DNA from: Gemmatimonadales bacterium | GTDB lineage: Bacteria; Gemmatimonadota; Gemmatimonadetes; Gemmatimonadales; JACORV01 | Assembly (NCBI GenBank): GCA_049513575.1 | Contig: JBEKVZ010000002.1 | Location: 196,774-260,773, forward strand | Direction: 5' to 3' | Length of the DNA: 64,000 bases | In this document: positions 41,005-55,132 of the stretch, one piece after another | Layout of the letters: each line of letters opens with the position of its first letter | Position numbering within the stretch: the first letter of the stretch is position 1 | Program-made: the position numbers and the translations under genes | Notes under the pieces: model-generated | What the model saw: only the letters and a program-made list of their open reading frames with translations | What the model was told of the DNA's origin: nothing | Databases searched by the model: none

Positions 41005-42534
41005 TCAGCGCAGCTCGACGACGACGACCGACTTGGATGGCAGGTCCAGCGTCAGGACGTCGCCGGACAGCCGGGCCCCGTGGAAGTCCGCGGGCTGGAC
41101 CGCGTTCGGCTGCTCGAAGGTGTTGTGAGCCTGCATCGTTGCCGCCGTCAGCGCGCGCCCGCTGACGCTGGAGACCTGCTGCCCGCGGATATCCACCTGC
41201 ACCGAGCGGCCCCGGTTGGGGTCCAGGTTCGCGAGCGTGATGTGGATGCGCCCGTCCTTGTCCTTCGAGGCGGATGCGCTGACCGCCGGCACGGACTGGC
41301 CGTTGAACGTGTAGGCGTCCGACTTGATGTTCAGCGGCAGCAGCGTCGCGTCCTGGTGCACCTTGTACAGGTCGAAGACCCAGTACGTGGGCGTGAGGAC
41401 CATCTGATCGCCCTGCGTCAGGATCATCGACTGCAGCACGTTGACGGTCTGCGCGATGTTGGCCATGCGCACCCGGTCCGCGTGGCTGTTGAAGATGTTG
41501 AGGTGCAGGCCGGCGACCACCGCGTCCCGCAGCGTGTTCTGCTGGTAGAGGAACCCCGGCGTGGAGCCCGGCTCCGGGTCGTGCCACATCCCCCATTCGC
41601 CCACGATGAGCCAGACGCGCTTCTGGGGATCGTACCGGTCCATGATGGTGGCGTGGCGCGTGATCAGCGTGTCCATCCGCTCGGCGCGCTGCATTGCCGT
41701 GAACCACTCGCGCTCGCCGAAGTCGGTTGCCGAGCCCTTGTGCGACCACGGCCCCACGACCGTGTAGTAATGCATGTCGAGGCCGTCGATCATCCAGCCG
41801 GCCTCGCGCATCATCGTGTCCGTCCAGGCGTAGTCGTCGGTGTTGGGGCCCGAAGCGATCCGGAACGGCCGGGCTCCGCGCAGGTACTCCGCGTAGCGCT
41901 TGTAGTTGTCCGCGTACGCCTGCGGGGTCATCGCGCCGCCGCAGCCCCAGCTCTCGTTGCCCACGCCCCAGAAACGGACGTTGAACGGCTCGGGATGGCC
42001 GTTCGCCGCGCGCTCGTCGCCCAGCGGACTGCCGGTGGGTGCGTGCAGGTACTCCCACCACTTCGACATCTCCTCCACCGTGCCGCTGCCGAGGTTCCCG
42101 ACGATGAACGGCTCGGCGCCCAGGCGCTGGATCAGCTCCAGGTACTCGTGCGTACCGAAGCTGTTGTCCTCGGTGACGCCGCCCCAGACGGTGTTGACCA
42201 TCTTCGGGCGCTGGTCCCGCGGGCCGACGCCGTCGCGCCAGTGGTAGTAGTCCGCGAAGCAGCCGCCCGGCCAGCGGAGCACCGGGACCTGGATCTTCCT
42301 CAGCGCCTCGATCACGTCATCGCGCAGGTGCCACTGGCCCGTGCCCGACTTCGTCCAGAACCCATCGTAGATGTTGCGTCCGAGGTCCTCGCCGAACTGG
42401 CCGTAGATGTATCGGCTGATGGTGGTCTCGCCGAGATCGGCGTTGACGACGATGCGGATCGGCGTCTGGGCAGCCGCATGGCCACCCGCCAGCAGGAGAA
42501 GCGCCACGGCCAGTTTCGCGCTGTGTCTCAGCAT
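41005..42534 (-). CDS. GH51 alpha-L-arabinofuranosidase
   Basis: LRWPGGCFADYYHWRDGVG, FWGVGNESWGCGG, and a C-terminal beta-sandwich region. Confidence 0.85.
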   Translation of the reverse strand: MLRHSAKLAVALLLLAGGHAAAQTPIRIVVNADLGETTISRYIYGQFGEDLGRNIYDGFWTKSGTGQWHLRDDVIEALRKIQVPVLRWPGGCFADYYHWRDGVGPRDQRPKMVNTVWGGVTEDNSFGTHEYLELIQRLGAEPFIVGNLGSGTVEEMSKWWEYLHAPTGSPLGDERAANGHPEPFNVRFWGVGNESWGCGGAMTPQAYADNYKRYAEYLRGARPFRIASGPNTDDYAWTDTMMREAGWMIDGLDMHYYTVVGPWSHKGSATDFGEREWFTAMQRAERMDTLITRHATIMDRYDPQKRVWLIVGEWGMWHDPEPGSTPGFLYQQNTLRDAVVAGLHLNIFNSHADRVRMANIAQTVNVLQSMILTQGDQMVLTPTYWVFDLYKVHQDATLLPLNIKSDAYTFNGQSVPAVSASASKDKDGRIHITLANLDPNRGRSVQVDIRGQQVSSVSGRALTAATMQAHNTFEQPNAVQPADFHGARLSGDVLTLDLPSKSVVVVELR

Positions 42535-42671
42535 GATCGTCGCTCCGTCATGGTGAAGAAGGCACGCTCGGCTCCGAGCGCATCACGGCGCCGGTAACAG
42601 TGCGTCGGTCGCACGAGCGGCGCCAGAGCGGCATCTTGACGGGGCCTTCGGACTGCCGACATCGTAGGTCA

Positions 42672-43019
42672 ATGAGGACGAGCCTCGTGGCGGTCGCTGC
42701 AGCCGGGCTGCTCGCGTGCCGCGGCACGGAACCGGCACCGAGGCCGGCGACGCTGTACTTCAGCCTCGACGCGCCCTTCTGCGGCATGGCGCTGCCCGTG
42801 GAGTTCTACGTCGACAGCCTGCTGGTCGGCTCCGACACGTTCCGCGTCAATCTCGCCCCGAACCACACGACCTCGCGCGGGTTCGTCGCGGCGGCGGGAA
42901 CTCACCGGCTCGGGGCGCGCGCCGCGATCGGCGTCGGGTACTACGTGTGGCCCGATACCGTCGTGAGTCTCGGCGCCGGGCTCACGTACACGAGGTCGTT
43001 GCCGTTCTACTGCTCCTGA
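42672..43019 (+). CDS. Hypothetical small lipoprotein
   Basis: The ATG at 42672 gives MRTSLVAVAAAGLLAC (lipobox). 115 aa, no motif recognised. Confidence 0.5.
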   Translation: MRTSLVAVAAAGLLACRGTEPAPRPATLYFSLDAPFCGMALPVEFYVDSLLVGSDTFRVNLAPNHTTSRGFVAAAGTHRLGARAAIGVGYYVWPDTVVSLGAGLTYTRSLPFYCS

Positions 43020-43122
43020 ACGGCCGGTCCCCGGACGGCGGGCGGCCGTTCGGCGCACCCGGACGCGCAGCGGGCGCCGATGCGCCTGCGCTCTCACACG
43101 GACCTCTCCCGCGGGGCCGACC

Positions 43123-49258
<6,136 letters not shown>

Positions 49259-49310
49259 GGGGCCCGAGCTCGGGAACTGCCGGCTAGCGCACTGAAGGCT
49301 GCGAGAGCGC

Positions 49311-51407
49311 CTACCGCACCGCCAGGCGATACACCGTCACACTGAACGGTCGCAACGTCGCACGCGTGGGCACGCTCGTCACCGGCTCCTCTTCGAGCCG
49401 GACCTCCGGCGCCTCCCCCACCACGATCCGCGCGTCCAGGTGCTCCGGGGCCAGACGCCATCGCGTCCCCCCGCCCGCGAGCCGCACGCCCTGGAACGAC
49501 AGGTCGATCGTCTGCTCGGACTCGGTCGGATTGATCACCGCGACCGTGAGCGCCGTCCGGTCGTCCGTCCAGGCCGCCGCGACGTCCAGCGGGTACGTGG
49601 GACTTCCGGCATTGACCTTCGGCTCTTCGCCACCAGGGGGGTACCTCGGTGCGGGCTGCGGCGCGTTCCCCGTCACGGTCACGGGAATGGTCCCGAAATG
49701 GTCACGGTACAACTTGAACAGGAGGCCGGCCGGATCGAGGACCGCCGCGGTGCGGCTTTCACTCAGCAGCGACGTGGCAAAGGTGAAGTTCGCCATCTGA
49801 TAGAGCTGCGAGTGGCGGAACATCTCGTGGAACGCCCACGCGTACGCCGGCACCACCTTGAATCCGTTCGGCGGCGCCCCGGCGTAGGCCCATTCGTCCA
49901 TGGCGATGCTTACCGGCTTCGCCCGCAGCGCCGGGATCAGTTCCAGATAGTGCTCGTACGCCTCGGCCTTGCTCTTCACGTGGTTGGCCGGGCGACGCAT
50001 CCAATCCACCAACGGCTCGTCCGGATCGAGCGGCACCGATCGGCCGGTCGTGACGTCGAACCGCCGATTGCCGTACGAGTAGTAGTGCTCGCTGATCATG
50101 TCCATGTGATCGAGGCTGTGCAGAAACAGCCCGCCGGTCCAATCCGCTGGGCCGAGATCGTCCGGAATGATCTTGCCGGTCCGCTTCTGTGATTCCGCGG
50201 AGCCGGTCATGGCATCGGGCATCGCTCCGCTCGCGATGAGCACGATCGTCGAGTCCGCCGCCCGCATGGCGTCGGCGAACCGGTTGTGCTTGACGACGAA
50301 CTGATCGAGCGACATGGCTCCGAATTGCCACGACCCCCATGCCTCGTTGCCCACGCCCCAGAACTTCACATGGTACGGCTCGGGATGCCCGTTGGCGGCG
50401 CGGAGCCGCCCCATCGGCGTCAGCACGGAAGCGTTCGTGTATTCGACGAGGTCGGCCGCGGACCGCTCGTCGCCGAGCCCCGCGTTGACGGTGATGTACG
50501 GCTCCACGCCGAGCAGCCCGCACAGGGTCAGGAACTCGTCCGTGCCGACGTCGTTGGGCTGGACGGCGTGCCACACGGGATCGAGGATGGGGGGCCGCTG
50601 ATCGCGGTCGCCGATGGCGTTCCTCCAGTCGTGCGCCGACACGAAATTCCCGCCCGGAAACCGGTACACACCCGAATGCAGCGAAGCGAGCGCAGCCACC
50701 ACCTCGCGACGGAATCCCCCCACATTGTCGGCTGGCATGAGCGAAGCCGCGCCCACGCGAACCGACCCGTCACCGGTAGCGGTGATCGCCAGCTGCGCGT
50801 CCTCGGCGTCCGCTCCCGCGGTGAAGATCAAGGGGTAGGTCACGTAGTCGTGCGACAGAACGTCGATGGTGTCCGTCTGCCGGTCGCCCGGGTTCGCGCC
50901 CCACGCGAGCGTCACGGTCACTCGCGTGTTGCCGTCGGCGGCCAGCACCACTCGCCCGACGTACGACTTCCCACGCTCGACCGCGACGCCCGCCTGGCGA
51001 ATGCCGCGCGGCTCGGCCGCGTCCAAGGTGATGCGCGGGCTGTGCGCGCCCACGAACGCGCGCACTGAATCCATGCCGATGGCGGTGATCGGGCCGACAG
51101 CCGTCCACCGGCGGGCGGGTGCCGGGCCCGGCCGCGCCGGCAGCGACTCGGTCACCACGATGAGATAGTAGAACTTCCGGTCGTCCAGCATCTCGGCCCA
51201 CAGCCCACGATTGACGATCCCGCCGATGTGCTCCAGAAACATCCCGTACAGGTACGGAGAGATCGGGGCGTGGGCTTGGTCGGCGTGGATGGCGGCCTCG
51301 AGACGCGTTGCTTGCGCGCGCGCTGCAGATGCCCCGACGAGCGACAGCAGCACGCACACCACTGCGGCGGACACGAGCGAGGTCGCTCTGGGTGGATGGG
51401 CAGTCAT
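49311..51407 (-). CDS. GH51-like alpha-L-arabinofuranosidase with N-terminal carbohydrate-binding-like domain
   Basis: Signal peptide, YRFPGGNFVSAHDWRNAIGDRDQRP and FWGVGNEAWGSWQFG motifs. Confidence 0.8.
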   Translation of the reverse strand: MTAHPPRATSLVSAAVVCVLLSLVGASAARAQATRLEAAIHADQAHAPISPYLYGMFLEHIGGIVNRGLWAEMLDDRKFYYLIVVTESLPARPGPAPARRWTAVGPITAIGMDSVRAFVGAHSPRITLDAAEPRGIRQAGVAVERGKSYVGRVVLAADGNTRVTVTLAWGANPGDRQTDTIDVLSHDYVTYPLIFTAGADAEDAQLAITATGDGSVRVGAASLMPADNVGGFRREVVAALASLHSGVYRFPGGNFVSAHDWRNAIGDRDQRPPILDPVWHAVQPNDVGTDEFLTLCGLLGVEPYITVNAGLGDERSAADLVEYTNASVLTPMGRLRAANGHPEPYHVKFWGVGNEAWGSWQFGAMSLDQFVVKHNRFADAMRAADSTIVLIASGAMPDAMTGSAESQKRTGKIIPDDLGPADWTGGLFLHSLDHMDMISEHYYSYGNRRFDVTTGRSVPLDPDEPLVDWMRRPANHVKSKAEAYEHYLELIPALRAKPVSIAMDEWAYAGAPPNGFKVVPAYAWAFHEMFRHSQLYQMANFTFATSLLSESRTAAVLDPAGLLFKLYRDHFGTIPVTVTGNAPQPAPRYPPGGEEPKVNAGSPTYPLDVAAAWTDDRTALTVAVINPTESEQTIDLSFQGVRLAGGGTRWRLAPEHLDARIVVGEAPEVRLEEEPVTSVPTRATLRPFSVTVYRLAVR

Positions 51408-51600
51408 GTGATCGACCCTCGGAGACGGAGCGTGGCGGACCGGTTGATCCTATCGCCGCACCGCCAGGGCGTCGAGCCGCCAGGCCGCTCCCTCACCGTC
51501 ACCGCGGCGCTCTCGGGCGGGTCGCTCTTTGACGGCGCGCCAACCGTGGCGCCACCGACTCCTTTGTCCCGCCGACCCCGGGGCTATCCATCGCGGGCCG

Positions 51601-51702
51601 CTAGGTCGCGCAGCCGCTGGTCACGGTCGCCGCCAGCACGAGCGCGATGGTCCGGCGCAGGGCCGGATGCCGGCCGAAGAACGGGGGAGGTGTGGCGGTC
51701 AT
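51601..51702 (-). pseudogene. Truncated third paralog of the tandem lipoprotein family (signal peptide only)
   Basis: MTATPPPFFGRHPALRRTIALVLAATVTSGCAT* matches the N-termini of the two upstream paralogs, and its ATG overlaps the previous stop. Weak shifted-frame similarity (..ERP..GDG..LDAL..) continues to ~51430. Confidence 0.4.
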
Positions 51703-52115
51703 CGTAGCAGAATGCCCTTTGGGCCGAAGGTAAAACCCCCCGACGTGATCACGGCCACCACCAGCACCAGCGGGATGATCAACGCCATGGTGCGGCCCGG
51801 CGCGCCCTGCGGCACCTCGATGGACTTCACCTGGCTGAGCGGGATCGCGACCTTCGCCCAGTGCTCCGCGCTCCCGCTGTTGCCGACCAGCTGGCTGTCC
51901 ACGACCGCCGGGCGGTAGACGTCGACCTGGTCGCCGCCCACCAGCGTCACGCGCACCTGGCTGGGCCGCTGGGCGGTCACGTAGCTCGCCCCGTTCAGCG
52001 CCGGCTGCCACCGCATGCAGGCGGTCGTCGATATCGCGGCCAGGACCAGCGCCACCGCGCGCCGCACGGCCGCATGCCGAGCGAAGAAGCCGGGTTCCGA
52101 ACGCGGGGAGGTCAT
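51699..52115 (-). CDS. Hypothetical lipoprotein with C-terminal TM helix (paralog 2)
   Basis: The ATG at 52115 gives MTSPRSEPGFFARHAAVRRAVALVLAAISTTAC. It shares FFARH..(L/V)R..VAL.LAA...C..WQP, RPS.VR, D.Y.P.VV and LVG with 52123..52536. Confidence 0.6.
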   Translation of the reverse strand: MTSPRSEPGFFARHAAVRRAVALVLAAISTTACMRWQPALNGASYVTAQRPSQVRVTLVGGDQVDVYRPAVVDSQLVGNSGSAEHWAKVAIPLSQVKSIEVPQGAPGRTMALIIPLVLVVAVITSGGFTFGPKGILLR

Positions 52116-52122
52116 CGGCCCC

Positions 52123-52536
52123 TCACCGCGGGAAGGACGCGGCGAAGCCACAGCCCATGCACATGCTGGAGGCCGCCATCGCGGCGAGTCCGACGAGAGC
52201 GGCTGCGCCGGTAACCACCAGTATGAGCGTCCCTGTGCGTACCTCGTCATTCCGCCACACCTCGACCCGCCGCACGTACTGCATCGGGATCGAGATCCGC
52301 GTCGAATCGACGCCCTTCTGGCGGAAGCCGACGAGGTCGTTCACGACGACTTTCGGGCTGTAGAGATCGAGCGCCTGCCCGTCCGAGAGGAAGGCCCGCA
52401 CGTGGCTCGGCCGCTCCGCAGCCAGGTAGCTCTGCGGCCCCAGCACCGGCTGCCAGCTCGCGCAGCCGCACAGGATCGCGGCCAGGAGCAGCGCCACCGA
52501 TTGACGGAGAGTGGGATGTCGAGCGAAGAACTCCAT
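52123..52536 (-). CDS. Hypothetical lipoprotein with C-terminal TM helix (paralog 1)
   Basis: MEFFARHPTLRQSVALLLAAILCGC lipobox. It has a C-terminal hydrophobic helix and a Cys-rich tail. Confidence 0.6.
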   Translation of the reverse strand: MEFFARHPTLRQSVALLLAAILCGCASWQPVLGPQSYLAAERPSHVRAFLSDGQALDLYSPKVVVNDLVGFRQKGVDSTRISIPMQYVRRVEVWRNDEVRTGTLILVVTGAAALVGLAAMAASSMCMGCGFAASFPR

Positions 52537-52630
52537 ATGACCCTCCCTGCCGGATCGTCCGGCTGCAGGGAGAGCCTAGCGCTCGTGCGTCAAGCCGCCG
52601 TCAAGCGGGAAGGGAGGCGGGATCAGAACG

Positions 52631-52662
52631 CGAAAGGCCGGGGCGCTCACCCCGGCCTCTCG
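52631..52662. terminator. 13-bp-stem GC hairpin (family copy 4, one mismatch)
   Basis: CGAAAGGCCGGGG-CGCTCA-CCCCGGCCTCTCG. It lies downstream of the GH29 gene (-) and upstream of the lipoprotein trio. Confidence 0.45.
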
Positions 52663-52690
52663 CCGCATCAACTACCGAAATAGTCCCTCG
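52661..52690. repeat. T-module unit copy (CGCCGCATCAACTACCGAAATAGTCCC)
   Basis: Matches GGCGATCAACTACTGAAACAGGAG of T1. Here it follows the hairpin rather than preceding it. Confidence 0.5.
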
Positions 52691-52702
52691 CTGGAAGGAC
52701 CC

Positions 52703-54073
52703 CTATGCCGGCCCGACTTCCGGCGCCCGGTCGAAGTCGAGCGCGACGACGGAGCAGATTGGGTCGGGTGCGCTGCGCGGCAGGACCAGGCTCTGCGCGC
52801 CGGCCGACTGGATCACGATGGGTGTCCGCGCCGGATCGGCGAGCAGATACGCGTTCCGGATCGGCGTCTTGAGCCCGGGCAGCGCCAACGGCGGCACCTC
52901 CGGCCAGTCGGTCACGAACAGGTAGATCCGGTTCCCCTTGGTCGTCGAGCGGAACGGCGCATTCGCGAAGAGCGACGCCGTCGTCCCGTAGATCGCCTCG
53001 CCGTTCACGCGCATCCAGCGCCCGATGGCCGTCAGCCGTTCGACGCTCTCGTCGGGGAAGGTCCCGTCCGCCTTGGGCCCGATGTTGAGCAGGAGATTGC
53101 CGCCCTTCGACGCCGTCTCGACCAGCAGCCCGATGAGTTGCGCCACCGACTTGAAGTTGTGGTCGTGCGAGTTGTAGCCCCAGTTGTCGTTCATCGTGAT
53201 GCACGACTCCCAGTCCACCCCGGGCCACCCGGTCGCCGGCACCTCCTGCTCCGGCGTCCGGAAATCGCCGAGCGGATCGGTGATCGGCGTCTGCGACCAT
53301 CCCTCGCACCGGTTGTTCACAATCACCGAGGGCTGGAGGGCACGGCACTTCGCGTACAGCGCCCGGCCCAGCTCGTGCGTCCAGGTCTGCTCCCACTGCC
53401 CGTCGAACCACATCACGCCGATGTCGCCGTAGTTCCGCAGCAGCTGCTCCACGCACCCGTGCAGGTACCGGACGAACCGGGCGTAGTGCGCGCCGTCCAC
53501 CGGCCGGGTCTCCGCCTCCCAGTCGCGCCGCGGCAGATAGTCGGGGCGATGCCAGTCCATGATGGAGTGGTACCAGCATTGCCGGAGCCCCGCGCGAGCG
53601 CACGCGTCGGCCATCTGCTTCATGATGTCGCGCTTGAACGGCGTCGAGCGGATGCAGAAGCTCGTGAGCCGGTTGTCGAACAGGCAGAAGCCGTCGTGAT
53701 GCTTCGACGTGATGGTCACGTACTTCATCCCCGCGTCCTTCGCCATCCCCACCCAGTGGTCGGCGTCGAACAGGGTCGGGTTGAACCGCGCGACCAGCTT
53801 GTCGTATTCGGCCAGTGGAATGTGCGCCGTGTTCCGGATCCACTCGGCGTGGTCGGTCCGGCCCATCCACTCGCCGGCGAGGATCGAGTAGAGCCCCCAG
53901 TGGATGAACATCCCGAACCGCGCCTCGCGCCACCACGCCATCCGCGGATCGTCGGCGGCGCCGGGAAACACGGTGGTGGCCCAGAGGCCGGACTTGCCCG
54001 GAAGGGGCAGGGGAGCGAATGCCATCGCGCCGAGGCCGGCGGCCCCAGCCTGGAGAAAGGTGCGCCGTTTCAT
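52703..54073 (-). CDS. GH29 alpha-L-fucosidase, Tat signal
   Basis: The ATG at 54073 gives MKRRTFLQAGAAGLGAMA. ARFGMFIHWGLYS, KYVTITSKHHDGF and WETC-like motifs are present. Confidence 0.9.
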   Translation of the reverse strand: MKRRTFLQAGAAGLGAMAFAPLPLPGKSGLWATTVFPGAADDPRMAWWREARFGMFIHWGLYSILAGEWMGRTDHAEWIRNTAHIPLAEYDKLVARFNPTLFDADHWVGMAKDAGMKYVTITSKHHDGFCLFDNRLTSFCIRSTPFKRDIMKQMADACARAGLRQCWYHSIMDWHRPDYLPRRDWEAETRPVDGAHYARFVRYLHGCVEQLLRNYGDIGVMWFDGQWEQTWTHELGRALYAKCRALQPSVIVNNRCEGWSQTPITDPLGDFRTPEQEVPATGWPGVDWESCITMNDNWGYNSHDHNFKSVAQLIGLLVETASKGGNLLLNIGPKADGTFPDESVERLTAIGRWMRVNGEAIYGTTASLFANAPFRSTTKGNRIYLFVTDWPEVPPLALPGLKTPIRNAYLLADPARTPIVIQSAGAQSLVLPRSAPDPICSVVALDFDRAPEVGPA

Positions 54074-54223
54074 GCCGGCCATTAGACCACGTTTCGCGGC
54101 CGGACGCAAGGAAGGCGCGGATCGTCAGCCGATCGGCGAGTGAAATCGTCGTAAACGATGCGTGGACACGGCGGCAGAATCGCCTATGTTGGCCGCATCG
54201 TGTCCATCCCTTCAGGAGGGCCA

Positions 54224-54886
54224 ATGCGCGCTCGCAGACTGGTGGCCGCTGTCGTCCCGCTCCTCGTCGCCGCCGCACCGCTGGCGGCGCAGAAGCCGAC
54301 AACGACTTCGCCGCCCCCGCCGCCCAAGCCCGCGACGACTCAGCCGAGACCGGCCACGCCCGCGGCGGCGCCTGCGCCAGCTGCCGCTCCCGCAGTCGTG
54401 AGCGCTGCGCCTCGCGTGCAGTTCGAGATCACCGGCGGCGTCGGCGTCACCGTCGTCAACATGGGCACCTGGGCAGGCGAGACGGTGAACAACTCGTCAG
54501 CGGTCAACTACGGGGGTGCCGGCCGCGTGCTGTTCCCGCTCGGCAAGAGCATGATGCTCGGCGTCGAGGCCGGGTACAGCTACCACTTCTGGTGGAACTA
54601 CTACGTCGGCCCCCCGAGCTACACCTGGCAGTATGACGTGACCGCCTGGCACGTCGCGGCGATGGTGCGGCTGCCGATCGCCGTCCGCACGACGCTCGAC
54701 CTGGGCGGCGGCCTCCACATCTTCAACAGGGCCGGGACATACCCCGGCGTGCTCGCCGCTCTGACGTATCACATCCCCCTCACGCAAACGCTCGACCTGC
54801 CCGTCGGCGTCCGCGCGGACGCGATCCTCACCAGCCCGACGATCATCCCCGTCGTCGCCACGGTCGGGCTCGGCTTCCGGCCCTGA
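54224..54886 (+). CDS. Putative outer-membrane beta-barrel protein with Pro/Ala-rich linker
   Basis: AGGAGGG RBS, signal peptide MRARRLVAAVVPLLVAAAPLAAQ, a PPPPPKPATTQPRPATPAAAPAPAAAP linker, and alternating beta-strand pattern to the C-terminus. Confidence 0.55.
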   Translation: MRARRLVAAVVPLLVAAAPLAAQKPTTTSPPPPPKPATTQPRPATPAAAPAPAAAPAVVSAAPRVQFEITGGVGVTVVNMGTWAGETVNNSSAVNYGGAGRVLFPLGKSMMLGVEAGYSYHFWWNYYVGPPSYTWQYDVTAWHVAAMVRLPIAVRTTLDLGGGLHIFNRAGTYPGVLAALTYHIPLTQTLDLPVGVRADAILTSPTIIPVVATVGLGFRP

Positions 54887-54910
54887 GCTGAGCGGCGGCG
54901 CAATCGGAGA

Positions 54911-54936
54911 GCGGGCCCGCCAGTCGCCGGGCCCGC
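54911..54936 (+). terminator. GC hairpin after the beta-barrel gene
   Basis: GCGGGCCCG-CCAGTCGC-CGGGCCCGC forms a 9-bp stem. There is no U-tract. Confidence 0.4.
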
Positions 54937-55100
54937 CTGTCCGTGGCGGCAAGACGTCCACCGCCGTCCCCCGCCGCGTACGCTGTCCCCTCCGGCGCAC
55001 CCAACCGCGGAACCCCGGCCTCCGCATCCAGTCCCGCGCCCGGACAAACCATTCGCGTGAATCCGGTGTCGAATCATCAGCGTAGTGCTGACAGGAGCAG

Positions 55101-55121
55101 GACAACCGACACCCGACACCA
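55101..55121 (+). repeat. Heptamer tandem repeat (GACAACC GACACCC GACACCA)
   Basis: Ends 11 nt before ATG 55133. If GTG 55085 is used as the start, it encodes QPTPDTR ahead of the signal-peptide core. Confidence 0.7.
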
Positions 55122-55132
55122 GGGCCGGGACC

